Assembly (NCBI RefSeq): GCF_963853765.1
Contig: NC_088857.1
Location: forward strand, 46,562,001-46,626,000
From: Magallana gigas
Lineage: Eukaryota
Length of the DNA: 64,000 nucleotides
Reading direction: 5' to 3'
Shown here one piece after another: positions 26,401 to 39,725 of the stretch. How positions within the stretch are numbered: position 1 is the first letter of the stretch; every line of letters begins with the position of its first letter. The notes beneath the pieces were generated by a model. It was given only the letters and a program-made list of their open reading frames with translations, did not search any database and was not told where the DNA came from. The position numbers were made by a program, and so were the translations under genes.

Positions 26401-27524
26401 TTTTGTGAACAATTTGCCCCCTCCAAGCGTCAAAGGTTGGATTTACTTTTATACCTAAAATAGCTCTTTAATCCACAAATACCATTTTGAGTGCATAGGA
26501 CAGCTCAAGAGATAAATTTAGACAAAATGCAAATTGCAATTTTGAATAGCAGAGTAACTTAAGTATTTTGGCAAAAGTTTACATTTGGTGGAATGTCGTA
26601 TTTTAGACATTTTCAGGAAATGCTGACATCAAGAGACTTGCATGTAATTGTCAATTACATAAAACATAAAAGTGAAATTGATAATTTATATTGAAAAATC
26701 GTATTCGAAATATGATTTATTTACCAAGATTTTTTCAAATTAAGAGCATATTATATATATGTACATGCAATACTGTTCGAAATGGAATAATCAAAACTAG
26801 ATATAGACATATCGGAAATATTTCACACACATACGTTATTAAACGGCACGTTTTCATAAAATACAGAATTACATGTACCTGTACGTTACCTCTACAGCTG
26901 GTCGCTTTAAAATTTTGCAAATGCGGCAGTTACGAAAACGCACGTATAGTAATACTACAATGTTCTGCAATAAACAAATAAAAACAATCAGTAGTTTATA
27001 CTTTATAAACATATATACTTCATTCGTTTATATTATTTACAAGTTCAAAACTTACATTATTGACTCATGACCTACTTATATCGCCGTATGAGCCATTATG
27101 TGATAATAGTAAATGCTCTTCCACTCGGCGTTGACCCCTTACCGTAAGAATTCAGAGTTGATAACCTACATTCTGAGATTTCACTTGAATTAAAATATCG
27201 AACGAACATTCTCATACATTATCACACAATAAATGTATGAAATAAATGCGAATATAAACAGGTATGTAATTTTAAAAGAAATGGAAGTTCGTTCCTTGTG
27301 AAATTATTACCTATTTTTTGTTGATACTCGTCTTTCCACGCTTTATACTAACCATTACAAAAATCTTCACGAGAACTTCGTTAAAATGTTGATTGAAATA
27401 GTGACCTGTACATGCCTTCTGTATATATACTACGATAGGCGGCAATGCCTCTTTTCTCTACATGTACAAGGATAGACAGCACATGCAATGATGCTCTTTA
27501 TCGCTACACGAAGAATGGCATATA

Positions 27525-27732
27525 ATGTGGTTTCATTAATATTCGTGGGTATCAATTTTTCGTGGATTCAATGAAAATCACAGTTTCAAGGATACGAAAA
27601 TTCGTGGCTTACGATCCTATCAATACAAAGTGTTAGTAGAAATTGCATTTCAATGAACATTAATTTTCATGGATCAACTTAACAACGAAATCCTCGAAAA
27701 TTGGTATTCAACGAATATTGATGAAACCACAG
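27525..27732. mobile_element. MITE with TA TSD, copy 2 (same family as 8011-8224)
   Basis: TA|ATGTGGTTTCATTAATATTC...GAATATTGATGAAACCACAG|TA. Confidence 0.85.
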
Positions 27733-27857
27733 TATTTGTTAGTGTATGTAGTAGACAGTTAAATTATGCATCGTACATATCACATTGTGATTGTTGATGC
27801 CAGCCGTTGCAATGTTTATAAGGTTGAGAACAAAATACATGTACTCGAATGAATATT

Positions 27858-28216
27858 TTATTTGAATCGCTCTTTTACAACAATTTTCAGGTCGAATGGT
27901 TCTTCTGTACCAAAGAAAATGCTGTGTTTTCGTTCAAAGATTTGTTCCTCGTCCATCGGAAGCAAAATCTGAAAACGTTGCCAAAGATTACACAAATCAA
28001 AGAGATTTCTGCTTGGGTTAGTCATTTCCCAAGACACACTCTTATTCCGGTTCAGAACGACAGCATACTCTCTAGCTTAACAGGATCGACTTTGCCCATT
28101 TCATCCAAATATCAAAATGGATTAAAACTTGTCATGATATTGCCACCGTTTTGGATCTTGATGAACGGCATATCGGTTGATAAAGACTACATTTTCTTTG
28201 GGTACATCATACCCAC
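27858..28216 (-). pseudogene. CYP pseudogene remnant: terminal (heme-binding) exon 10
   Basis: Translates GGYDVPKENVVFINRYAVHQDPKRW..YLDEMGKVDPVKLESMLSF*TGIRVCLGK*..FFGTEEPFDLKIVVKERFK*. Collinear with exon 10 of the intact copies but has several stops and frameshifts. Confidence 0.88.
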
Positions 28217-28289
28217 CTTTAAAAATTCGATAAATAATATTTCAAATGCAAACATATTTTTTCATTAGTTATGAAAAATTAGGCTTAAC

Positions 28290-29367
28290 ATTGAACATTC
28301 CAATTACACAAAAGTACTGCAGCACAGGGAAATAAAGCAATGTTCAGCATATCTAGTAAAATGAAAGATTTGAATTTTAATGTTGAAACTCAATTAAATG
28401 CTTTTCATACTTATGTAAAAAGTGTACTTAGTTATGGTGCTGAAATTTGGGGATTCCATAAAGGTCAAGATGTAAAAAAGTGCATATAAAGTTTTGTAAG
28501 AAGGTTTTGGGTGTCAGAAAAAATACTTGCAACAGTGCAGTTTATTATGAAGTAGGTAGATTTCCACTAGAGATTTTCAGGAAACAAAAAAATTTTCAGT
28601 ACTGGTTTAAATTAAGAAACAGTAAAAACTGTATTTTAAAAGCATGCTACGAAGACATGGTGAAAAATAATGACATATGGATTTCAAATATTAGGAAAGA
28701 ATTGTCCACCTTAGGCTTAGCCGATTTATATCGAAGTACTATGAAAGAATCTGTTATTTTAGATATTATATTTAATAGAATGTGTGATGTCTTTAAACAA
28801 AAAGTTGTTAACGATATAAGCAATGCATCAAAATGTATATTATATAAACATGTTGTTGATCATTTTTGTTTACAAGTTTACCTAAAGAAACCAATTCATG
28901 TAAAATATCGTAAATTAATTACACGCTTACGGTTGTCCTCACATGACTTAAAGATTGAAACAGGGAGGTATGATAATTTAACACGTGATTGTCGACAATG
29001 TGAATCTTGCAACTTTAATGTAATTGAAGATGAGTTCCATTTTTTACTTATTTGTCCATCACTTCGTTGTTTAAGAGATAAGTAATGTATATTAAAAAAT
29101 AATACTCCCGAAAACCAAGTGTCTATAAAGTTACACAGTTATTATCTACCTCTAATACTAAAGAACTGTGTAATTTAGGTAAATGTTTATATTATGCAAA
29201 CAAGCAACGAACTCTCCGTGTGAATTATCCAAATTGATTATGTACACTTTGTTTTTCTCACTGTTTATTTAATATGTATATTCATTCATTCATTCAGTCA
29301 TTCATATGTTCATATGTATAACCTATGTGACATTTGTCTCTCGGAATAAAGAACTTGAACTTGAACA
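28290..29367 (+). mobile_element. 5'-truncated non-LTR retrotransposon, 3' end of ORF2 (RTEX-like; clade uncertain)
   Basis: Post-RT region VLSYGAEIWG, FCKKVLGV, EVGRFPL, YWFKL, RLRLSSHDLKIETGRY, C..C....EDEFHFLLICP; 3' tail aataaa-(gaactt)n at 29346-29366. The 5' boundary is approximate. Confidence 0.85.
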
Positions 29368-29374
29368 GAAAAAT

Positions 29375-29560
29375 TTGATATTTGTTCGGACGAATTAGGA
29401 ATTTTTCGGACGAATTAGTATTTGTTTGGGCAAATTAGTTTTTTGTTCGAATGAGTTTAAATTTGTTCGGACAAATTAGTGTTTGTTTGGAGGAATTAGC
29501 TATTAGTTCGGACAAACTAGAATTTGATCGGACAAATTAGCTACAGTGTATTTGTTTAAA
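29375..29560. repeat. Degenerate minisatellite of about 21 bp (tttgttcggacraattag)
   Basis: About 8-9 units. Confidence 0.8.
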
Positions 29561-30132
29561 CGAATAAGTTATCTGTTGATGAAAACAGTATTTTTGACGA
29601 GTAATTAATACTTATCTTATCTGGCAATGATGTAGATGAAGATGGGTTCTATTATCAAGCCACCCCTTTCCTTTTAAATGATGAATTGCTATATACACAT
29701 AAATGTTTTACATGTGCGGCGAGCTGTTTTCATTTGAGCGCAGATGATAACGGCGATTTGTGTTCAATGGAGCGGGGTAGTGTCTTGACTTTATTTTTTA
29801 CACATGCAAAAGTGTGTTATATATACATGGTTTTGGTGTGTTTTGACATTCAACAGTGCACTTATTAAATACGTTTTACCTTAGATATCATTTTTCAGCG
29901 TTAAGATCAATTATGATTAGTTGTAAGTAAAAAACAACTAATATAATTTATGAGCTATATATAATTTACATGTACATATAATATGCCAGCACATGATTCA
30001 CGGAAATTCATTAATGGATTTTTGCAACTGTGAAACAGAGACTGATAAATTAAATTAATTTTACTAGCCCAAGGCCCTTTTTGGTAACTTTACTATGTAA
30101 AAAAAAAATTAGAAATTTAAAGGGGTGGGGTC

Positions 30133-30135
<3 letters not shown>

Positions 30136-30205
<70 letters not shown>
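30136..30205. repeat. (CT)n microsatellite
   Basis: CT run. Confidence 0.95.
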
Positions 30206-30207
<2 letters not shown>

Positions 30208-30854
30208 CCTCGCTCTATACATGTACAGTGTAAACTTCTCTAATATAAATGTGAGTTGCGTTATCTTGACACACAATACATGTCATCAATGTTAAGAAAA
30301 AAAAAGTACGACTTTGCCTTGCTTCTTATATAGTGCCATCAAATACTAGTAAGCGACAATATAATTTATCAAATTCAAGAAAAGTTTGACAAACTGTATA
30401 ATATCGCGTTAAATCCCCCCTCCCCCCGCAACAAATTCTTATTTGTTGTGACTTTTTTTATTAATAATATATATTTTCTCCATATAAAAAGGTTAAAGTT
30501 TCGCAAGATATACATGTATGCTCTATTGAAGCATCATAATTAGTGTATCAGCCTATTTAAAATTCTTGATCAATATGTTTGAATTCGTTTTGAATGCACG
30601 GCCGGATTGAGAAGCGTTCCTTCATATGTTAATGATATACAAGATTCACACAATTTGACGTCTGCAATATTTATTTCATATCATTTATTAATAATATATC
30701 ATAAATATCACCTTTCTCCTCTATAAAACCTACATGAGTTAATTAAAAGAAAATCACTTAATAAAACGAAACAGCTGGTTCTAAAGTCCACAGTGCAATT
30801 TGATATATAGGAAGGCACCTCAATTTTTCATAAAAAAGGTATGTTATTAATCTT

Positions 30855-33800
30855 TTAATTTGATCTTTCCTTTACGACAATTCGTAAGTCGGCGGGACAT
30901 TCGCTTCCAAAAACATTACGATGCACACCTACAAAGTTCGGTTTGACGCCTTCCGGAAGTGATATTTTAAACCGTTGAAGAAGATGGACGCACATCATTA
31001 AAATTTCCGGTTTTGCAATAGATTCTCCAAGACATACCCTCCTCCCAGCAGAAAATGGTAGCCAACTGTCCAGTTTTGTAGGATCCATTTTACCATTTTC
31101 ATCCAAGTAACGGAGCGGATCAAATTTCTCGGGATCTTTCCAATATTTAGGGTCACGATGGAGTGCAAAATGGTTGATTAGGACAACCGTGTCTTTTGGA
31201 ATGTCGTACCCACCTTTTTAAAATTCAAAAAAAGTTACCTAACTTGTAATTCATTACTAGACATTATGAAAGAGAGTAATTTTCAAATATATTTATATTT
31301 GTTTTTATTTGTGATTTCAGTTTCGTTGACAACCATCTCCTATTTCATATTCTTGTTTTGTATTGTTCGTGCATTTGGTATTGATAATATGCATACTTAT
31401 AAAATAGGTAATTAAAAACCAGTTTTACACTTGCCTATCCATCCTTTCAAAAATAAGTGAATATTTGTGCAAATATTGTTATTGCACGTGTTTTTGATAA
31501 ATGAAATAACATTATAAGATACATCTTAAAACCAAGCACTGAAACCCACAACTTACCAACGTGTGTATCGCAGATGGTAAGATGTGGCAAACCCAGGCCT
31601 GCTATTACTCCCAACCTCATTGTCTCGTAGAGGCAGGCCTCGGTGTAAGGCAACGACTGCCTGTCGGCGATGGATGGACAACGTCTCCCTATCAGAAGTC
31701 AAGGATTTAAAAAAAAGGTACTTGTATTTTCCTATTTCCTCTTGAAGTAATACTTATTATTTTTATTGCCGCTATGCAAGCATGTCGAAATATAGATATA
31801 CGTGGGTAACTTGTTTATCAGTTACTTTACTCAAAGTGTTAATAATAGTTTTGTCAATTTCTTAATTTTGAATATACTTGATTGGTGTAACTGCAAATTT
31901 TAATAAGAAACCACGTCGTAAATTGTAAAAAATACCAATTGTTTCGTCGATCTCCGCCTGACATTTTGCCTGTATTTCCGGAAGACCAGATATGAAGCAC
32001 AAGAACCATTCTAGGGTCATTCGTGTAGTATCTACACCAGCTGTAAAGGAAAAAAGTTCTATATACAGTTAAAATATTAATCTAAAAGACAGTTTTGATA
32101 TATCAAAAGTTTTGTAACGTATTACGTCACAAGTAGACTAAAGTAAAGGGCGTCTATATCTACATGCTGAAAAGTGACCAAAGCCATTTTTAAAAAAGAG
32201 AGATTGACTAAAGACAAAGCTGGAGAAATAAAAAAAAGCAATCATGACAATAAAATCTTTTAAATGCTAATACTTTGTGTGTTTTTAAAACACGCGCAAC
32301 ATCATGCATTATTAGGGTTGAACCTTATTGAGTATTTATAATTTATATTTAAAATAGACAAACAAATATTATTGTGGATAGGATATGAAGTTCTCACCGA
32401 AAAAGATATCCGAAATGGTTTGTACAAGATAAGTATCATTTAATTTCTCCATTGATTCGTTGTCTCCAGATTTTTCCGCCTCGGATCTTGCTAGTAGAAG
32501 ATGATCGGTAAGATCTCGGATGTTATCTATAAATCAAAAATGAAATTCTAAGAAAATTTATATGTATATTGTTTGCATATTGAAATAAATCGTTAAATTT
32601 TATGTTTGGGAAAACGTAACAATATGATACAATTATATTGCTATGCAATTAAAACTGAAAACTTAAACAAGAAACTGAGGCATGGGAAGTTTGGTCTCAA
32701 CCTCTTTGATATAGATTTTGTGGAAATGTTAAAACCTTTCCCTTGACACAACATCTGTTGTGGGCAGATTTGTTTTCTGTTACCCAAAATTTAAATTATC
32801 TATTCCAACACTTCGGGAACAACACTGCCTTACTTGGGTCAAACGTTTCCTGGTGTTCGTGTAGGAGTTTATACATAAATGAAAACGCCCTATCCACCGC
32901 GTCCTTGATGATGACGTAACGCCTGGACGGGTACACGTCCTTTAGGAAGGGTAGCAAATCCTCTCGGAGACCGTTTCCTATAGCTTTGTTCACGTTGTCT
33001 TTTTCTCGGAGCAGGAACTCTACATCCGGGTCGCCGATCTCCTTTCTTTAAATGATTTAAGAAATGTTCTTATTATTTATTGTAAAAAAAAATTATGGAT
33101 GTTATCTGACTGTGAACAACTGAATGAATTTCACAGAAGACGCGAAAACTCAAGTACTAAATCATAAATACTAAAAAGCAACATTTTCCTCTCAAATTTG
33201 CAATAGTATATATTATACTCACTTTTCTCCAAAACAGAGTGTAAAAAGCTGGTAGAAGACTATATTGTCCATGTGAGATTTTACTACAATGGGACCCTTT
33301 TCTGCCGCCATCATGTTCATCACTTTTTTCATATTATCTTGTGTAAGTTTCTCAAGCAAGTCTCCTTGTAGATAATTTCTGGAATTCAAACCTAGTGGTA
33401 TTCACTTTTGACATTAATTAACATAATTACATAATAACATAAAAAAGTAGGCGTATTCTTACATGCATTTATTCAATATGGCATTCTTTTCTCGTTTGCG
33501 GGGAGAGGGGGAGGTGTTAAGCGAATGGGTTGGGAAAATATTTTAACCATTTTTATATTAAAAAAAAAGAATAAAGATTTATAGGTGATATTTGTTTTCA
33601 AAACTTTTTTTACACAGCCAGAAGGACTGACTTTTAAATATATGTCACCCGCGGAGCGGGGCCCTATGGTTTTATGCTTGAGAGGGAATATGAGGGTTGG
33701 AGACTTTTTACCTTTAAATAATTGAATCATGTATAAGTGCATCTTTGGATGTCCCTTCCTCGTTGTCAAAGACAGTTAGTCATATTCATTAGTGTTTACA

Positions 33801-36800
33801 AATCATACAAATCATTTATCTATCATATAATTTAAATTTAAATCCCAAAATGTTTGATTTAGATTTAAACATATTTTTTTTTCAAAGTGCGTTAACTGTA
33901 TGTATCATAGTAAAACATTTTGATGTTCCTTAATGGCCAAATTTGATTTTTTTTTTCCAAACTGCGTTGACTTCGTACCAATCGTCACGCTTTTCAAAGT
34001 GGGTTGATGTGGTTAAAATTTAATGAACTTTGAAAGAAAAAAACATTCAGAGTGCGCTGCAACAAAATGTACCTTAAAGCTTTGATGGCTACACGTCGGT
34101 GATACTGCCACATAGGAGAGTAGGACGCCAGAGCTATGTCCTTGAATCCCTCGCTGATCAAAGAGACTTAACAAAACAAATCTAGAACTAATTAGCACTT
34201 CGACTAGAATGTCCTGTTGATGGTTTCTGCGGGTGTGAACGTAGCATGATTGAAGAAAAAAATATAAGCAGGGTTTTTACGTATTTGTATTTTTTCTGCA
34301 GAAAGGATAACACTGACGGTTAATAATTTTGCATTGCTTATTCTCTGTATGCATGAACCACCAAATGATTTAAATGTATATATCTTTCTTTAAAACTGTC
34401 ATTTTTTAATTCCTTTTTTCTTTGGTAAATTACTCTGTTACATTTCAAGACGTATTATTTGTTGCCTGAAAGAAGTCGAAACCACGCTCACATGTCACTG
34501 AAGTGGGGCGTCCAGCAAAATCTGCCTTTCTCTTCACCAAGGCTTCTATCACAACCTCATAGTTGTTTAGAAAGACAGTTGGGATAGGTCCTGTGTGCAA
34601 ACAACAAGGATGAGGGCATACAATAAACAGCTGATGAAAGACTCATTTCATATGAAGCTTTCAACGGAATTACCACCTATTCAAATTTCTAATGTAAACG
34701 GTACAACCAAGTTTGTTTATTCAGATATTGGGAAGATCGAATCTCTTAATACATATTTTTCTTCTATTTCTTCTGTAGACAATAAGAATGCGGCTTTACC
34801 TAATATGTATAGTTTATGTAGAGAAACACTTTGTAATAATATATAAATGAACAAGAAGTGTTAGACATTATTTCAATATTACCTGTTAATAAAGCAATTG
34901 GTCCTGATTTGGTTAGCCACAAAATGTTGAAGGCAACCCTTTTTACTACTGTAAAACCACTTACATTGTTATTTAATAGATCACTTGTTGATAATACTTT
35001 TCCATGTTTTTGGAAAATTGCTCACGTTATTCCTCTATTCAAAAAAGATGATCCGTCATTGGTTTCTAATTATAGACCGGTATCTTTGTTATCATGTGTT
35101 AGTAAAATTATGGAAAGAATCGTTTTTAAACATGTGTACAACTATTTTCATAGGAACAATTTATTTGATCGATATCAAGCCGGTTTTTTACCAGGTCATT
35201 CCACTGTTTATCAACTACTAGAAACGTATCACAGCATTGTTCAAAATATTGATGAAGGTAAATTTTCATGTATGATTTTTTGTGATCTGTCAAAGGCATT
35301 TGACAGAGTATGGCATAGCGGCCTTTTATTCAAGTTACAAACCTATGGAGTATGTGGAGATCTTCTTAAGTGGTTTTCTAGTTACTTAAGTCAAAGGTCC
35401 CAAAAAGTTATGTATAAAGATCTTTTGTCAAGCAAATCAGAAATTTCAGCAGGTGTACCCCAGGGATCTGTATTAGGACCTCTTTTATTTTTGATATATG
35501 TCAATGATGTGGCGGTTAATATGTTATCATTGTGTAGATTATTTGCTGATGACAGTTCGCTTCAATATTCTTCAAACAACATACTTAACATTGAATATAT
35601 TTTAAATCATGATTTAAAAATTTTGGAATCGTGGTCCAAAAAGTGGCTTCTTAAATTCAATTCATCAAAAACAAAGGTTGTTTTTTTTACTAAGAAGCAT
35701 AACTCTGTTTTACCTAAATTATTTTTTGAAGGCGATAGACTAGAGTTTGCCTCGACCCATCGCCATTTAGGACTTTTATTATCGCAAAATCTCAGCTGGT
35801 CTGAATACATTGATGGTATTGTAAACTCTGCATACAAAAAATTAGGACTCTTAAAAAAACTTATGTATAAATTGGGTAGAGAGCATCTCTCTAAATTATA
35901 CATTTCATTCATTAGACCTACCCTTGAATATGCGTCGATTGTGTGGGATGGCTGTTCTGTGCATGATGCAGACAAACTTGAAAAGGTTCAATTGTGAGCT
36001 GCACGAATTGTCACTGGGTTGCCAATTTTTGTACCAAGGGAATCGCTTTACTTAGAAACAGGGTGGGAAATTTTACAAACCAGACGATACATCGCCAAGA
36101 TGAAAACTATGTTCAAATTTAACATGGGGAGTCTGCCTGATTATTTATGTGATATTATTCCTAACAAGAGGGAAAATATATCGCGATACAACACACGAAA
36201 CAAGGATCAGTTTAATGTTCCTAAGTGCAGGTTAGACTTACTTAAAAAATCATTTGTACCCAATGCTGTCAATCAATGGAATTCACTAAATATAGAAGCC
36301 AGAACAGCCACCTCAATCAATTTGTTTTGCAAACATATGCCTAAAGTTACGAAACCCCCTATTTATTTTTCTTTTGGTAAACGCTGTACCAACATTATTC
36401 ATACAAAGCTGAGACATAACTGTGTATTAAACTATGATCTTTGTAAACGTAATATTATAAATAATCCGTTGTGTTTATGTGGTCAAACAGAAGATGTGTA
36501 TCATTTCTTTTTTTCTTGTAAAAAATACTCTAGAGCGAGAAACAACATGTTTGATCAATTGTTTATGTTAGATTTAGTCAATATTGATACTGATTTACTT
36601 TTATATAGCAACAACAACCTACCTTTACATATCAACAAAAGCATTTTTGCTTCTGTACAAAAATTTATTGACGAATCCTTGAGATTTAAATAATATTTCT
36701 TTGTGTATATCAATATTATATTTTCTTTTGTTCTATATTCATATGCATGACAACTATTGTTATATTTAAGGAGAGGAACTTGTAAGTTGTTAGAACTTGT

Positions 36801-38805
36801 TTCTGATCCTTTTGTTTAGTCAATAAAATATGTTCAAAACAAAACAATAAACAGAAGGAACATGATCATTAGAAATAATCATTTCACATGGAACACATGG
36901 ACGAGCATGTTTGATTTATGATGTCCAAAACAAGTAAAAACTTACCGAAATAAAATTGAATGACTGGACCATACTTCTTCGACAGTTGTAGAATAACTCT
37001 GTGCACTAAAGGTTTAGTGTATACTGCAATTATAAGAATGAAAATGGCATATATTATTCTGAATAAGAACCTTAACATTGAGTTAAGATGGATATTGAAT
37101 TCGCTAGGTTTAGTTATTAATACTAGCACTCCTTATGGCGAACCGATACCATTGGTGGGTCACTTGAATGAATACCATGTTGATTATACATTGGTCAAAT
37201 TATCTCAGAATAGGCTAGGGTAATGAGATGCCATTGCATGGGTCTTCAGCAAGTATTGTTGCCTCTGTTTTAAAAGATATGGACCGTGCACAAAAGTGGC
37301 ACATGCATACATGTATATTTACAAATAGACGGACATTGTAATTTCACATGGTTTTTAAGTTTCTTCACATAGAGTATAAATACAACAAACGCATAGTAGT
37401 GGAGTGACAAAACCATCAAAAATTTGATTTTAATGTACCAGTCCCTACCTACTTTTATGGAAAGATATGATATCACACAGTACTTTTCATCCGGTTGTAG
37501 AAATTTCTATGGTCTAAATTTAAAACAATTATAGGTCAAAGGTCAATATCTGAAAAAATGACCAAACATATACAAACTGAAATAATCTGTAAAAATCAGC
37601 GAATTATTTATCAATTACACATTTATTAGAAATATAGACCATACAAATTAAAATTAACACAAGGAAAAACAATAAAGTTGAATAACTTTACATTCATATA
37701 GAGTAAATAATAATTGCCATGCCATTTTAATCGAGATTTGAAAAAAATATCCAGGTACATAAACAATAGTTGGTATCTAATAGAAGAGATGAAATGACAT
37801 ATATTTTTTCATCTGTTTGTCTCTTCGCATTGCCTTGCTGAAATAATAAGACTTCAACTATCAGTCGAAAAACACAACTTTTCACTTTTTTGACGTTTAA
37901 CCTATGGGGCACAAAGCAAAGCTGTAAAATAGCAGGACATTTCATGCAGTAATTTGTAATGAATGTACACATATAAGATTTTCATAGGCAATGTATTATT
38001 TAGACACTGCAATCTGTGATTTCGAAATATGCTAGAAATTTAATAATTTTGGTAACATTGAAATGTCACCGCTAGTTTTTTTAATGCCATTCTTTCATTA
38101 TGATTAAAATGAAAATGACGAAAGACATATGTATGCAAAGTCATGAAAATAAGTACAAAATAAACAAATATAAGTAAAACTAATATTTTTAATTGAGTGT
38201 GCAATTTTAAAACATTATTTTATCGGCAAGTTGTCATACCAAATGGGTCTCAAACTGAAATTTAATTGCACGTATGTGTATGTTATATACACAGTTTAAT
38301 TCTAACAAAAACTAAGTTGGTTCTACTAAAACAAACATGATGCCTTACTTATGTAGCAATATACCTTCATTACCTGCATATGGTGTTTATGACATAAATA
38401 TTAGAGATCTGTAGTGCATTTTCATTTTTATTGAGAAGTTAGTTTAGATTTTCAGTTGCTTGAAAGTATAGGCCATAAAGTACAGGAGCTTGCTTATTGA
38501 AGCATGAATCTAGTCAACGTATTCTTCTTTGAACATCGTCGAAAACCCACGTTTGGTCTCGCTTTTTTTACCCGAGAAGCTAGACCGACCGTGGGTTAAC
38601 CATGTGTCAAACAGTGAAACCTATTAGGTAGATACTATAGTATATCAACCATCAAAATTATACCTTCAAAGTTTCCAATCAGAGGGATGGCCCAAGGTCC
38701 CGGGGGTAACCGGTAGATGAACCTCCTCCTGATTAAGTAGACAATCAGCCCCACGGTAAGGGCCACCAGCACAGTCTTTACGTTCAAAAGGTTGAGTGTC
38801 AGCAT
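30855..38805 (-). CDS. CYP356-like: Cytochrome P450 copy A, clan 2, CYP356-like (often auto-annotated steroid 17-alpha-hydroxylase/17,20-lyase-like), 501 aa, intact
   Basis: Exons 38664-38805, 36946-37023, 34492-34590, 34073-34166, 33223-33378, 32834-33045, 32398-32526, 31936-32040, 31557-31688, 30855-31213 (1506 nt). N-terminal anchor + PPGP hinge, WQYHR (C-helix), AGVDTT (I-helix), ETMR (K-helix), FDPLRY (PERF), PFSAGRRVCLG (heme Cys). The CYP356 call is from recall of oyster CYP356A1. Confidence 0.93.
34631..36843 (+). mobile_element. 5'-truncated CR1-group LINE in intron 2 of CYP copy A (antisense to the gene)
   Basis: RT motifs KAIGPD, NYRPVSLLS, QAGF..GHST, FCDLSKAFDRVWH, GVPQGSVLGPLLFL, LFADD; C-terminal CLCG..EDVYHFFFSC. 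11-bp TSD ACAATAAACAG at 34620-34630 and 36844-36854; the empty site is visible in copy B. One in-frame TGA (35995-35997) and a frameshift near 34846. Confidence 0.95.
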
Positions 38806-39119
38806 CTTTCTGTCTAGTCACTGCAGCATAGCTCGATCTGGATCCGGATCAGACCCCAGCTCTTAAAAAAGCTCAAGTTATAAAACTCAGTAAAATAACC
38901 CGACAATAGACCTCGCTTCCACCTCCCCCAACACAATTGATTCTCCTCCAGCCCCCCCCCCCCCCCCATCCCGAGGAAAGAATCGTGATCCGCGAATTAT
39001 TGACACCTACGTTTAAAGGCTTTGTCTCTATCGTCCGACGTACAAAATCGTATGCGCATATGCAGTCAGTCAATTTTTGATCTTTAAAAAAAAGTTTTTA
39101 AAAGAGTGTTTTATACTGC

Positions 39120-39175
<56 letters not shown>

Positions 39176-39541
39176 ATTTCCAATTATGGTGGTACTACCC
39201 AGTAACGTACATGCACGTGAAGTATCTTTTAATCTTTCGAGTGAGTCAGTCCTAGACGTTTTTGTTCTTACGAAATTCCCTTTCGGATAATCAAAAGATC
39301 AAGGAGTAGGAGTAGTTTTTAATATTACGCATAACGAGAATTTAGTAAGTTTAAATTTTAAAGCCGCTAGATAACTTAATTGGAGGAAAGAAAGTGTATG
39401 TAAATATGTTTTTACTTCTTTCCTAAAAACTAATGGTCAAATGCCCTACAAAAAGCATCGGGTTCGGTGTTGCGATCAATTAAAATGAAAGTAGATAAGT
39501 AGGTCAATTTGTAGAATTTAATTAATATAGCTGTCTTAAGC

Positions 39542-39572
<31 letters not shown>

Positions 39573-39725
39573 GAGAGAGAGCAACTTATGAAAATATATT
39601 TCCATTTTTGGTGGTAATACTTAAAACCTTACCTGCACGTGCAATACGGTATCTCTTTATCTTTCGAGTGAGTCAGCCCCGGACGTTTATGTTCTTTTTT
39701 AGATTACAATAAGGTCAAGGACATT
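39120..39725. promoter_or_regulatory. Upstream region of CYP copy A: two diverged copies of a (GA)n + promoter block
   Basis: (GA)n at 39122-39172 and 39542-39581, each followed by similar sequence containing CACGTG (39214, 39636) and TGAGTCA (39242, 39669) and ending aagRtcaagga. Confidence 0.6.

Noticed and set aside
27849-28268. 139-aa plus-strand ORF
   Set aside because: It is the antisense frame of the decayed CYP exon 10.
28273-28280. GAAAAATT as the TSD of the 28.3-29.4 kb LINE
   Set aside because: A low-complexity 8-mer that could match by chance, so the LINE 5' boundary is left approximate.
29600-29680. Possible remnant of CYP exon 9 belonging to the 27.9-kb pseudogene
   Set aside because: The position and splice-like flanks fit, but the similarity is too weak to call by eye.
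35607-35975. Antisense ORFs over transposon coding regions (also 43535-43834 and 47664-47978)
   Set aside because: Shadow ORFs of the real RT, RNase H or Gag frames.
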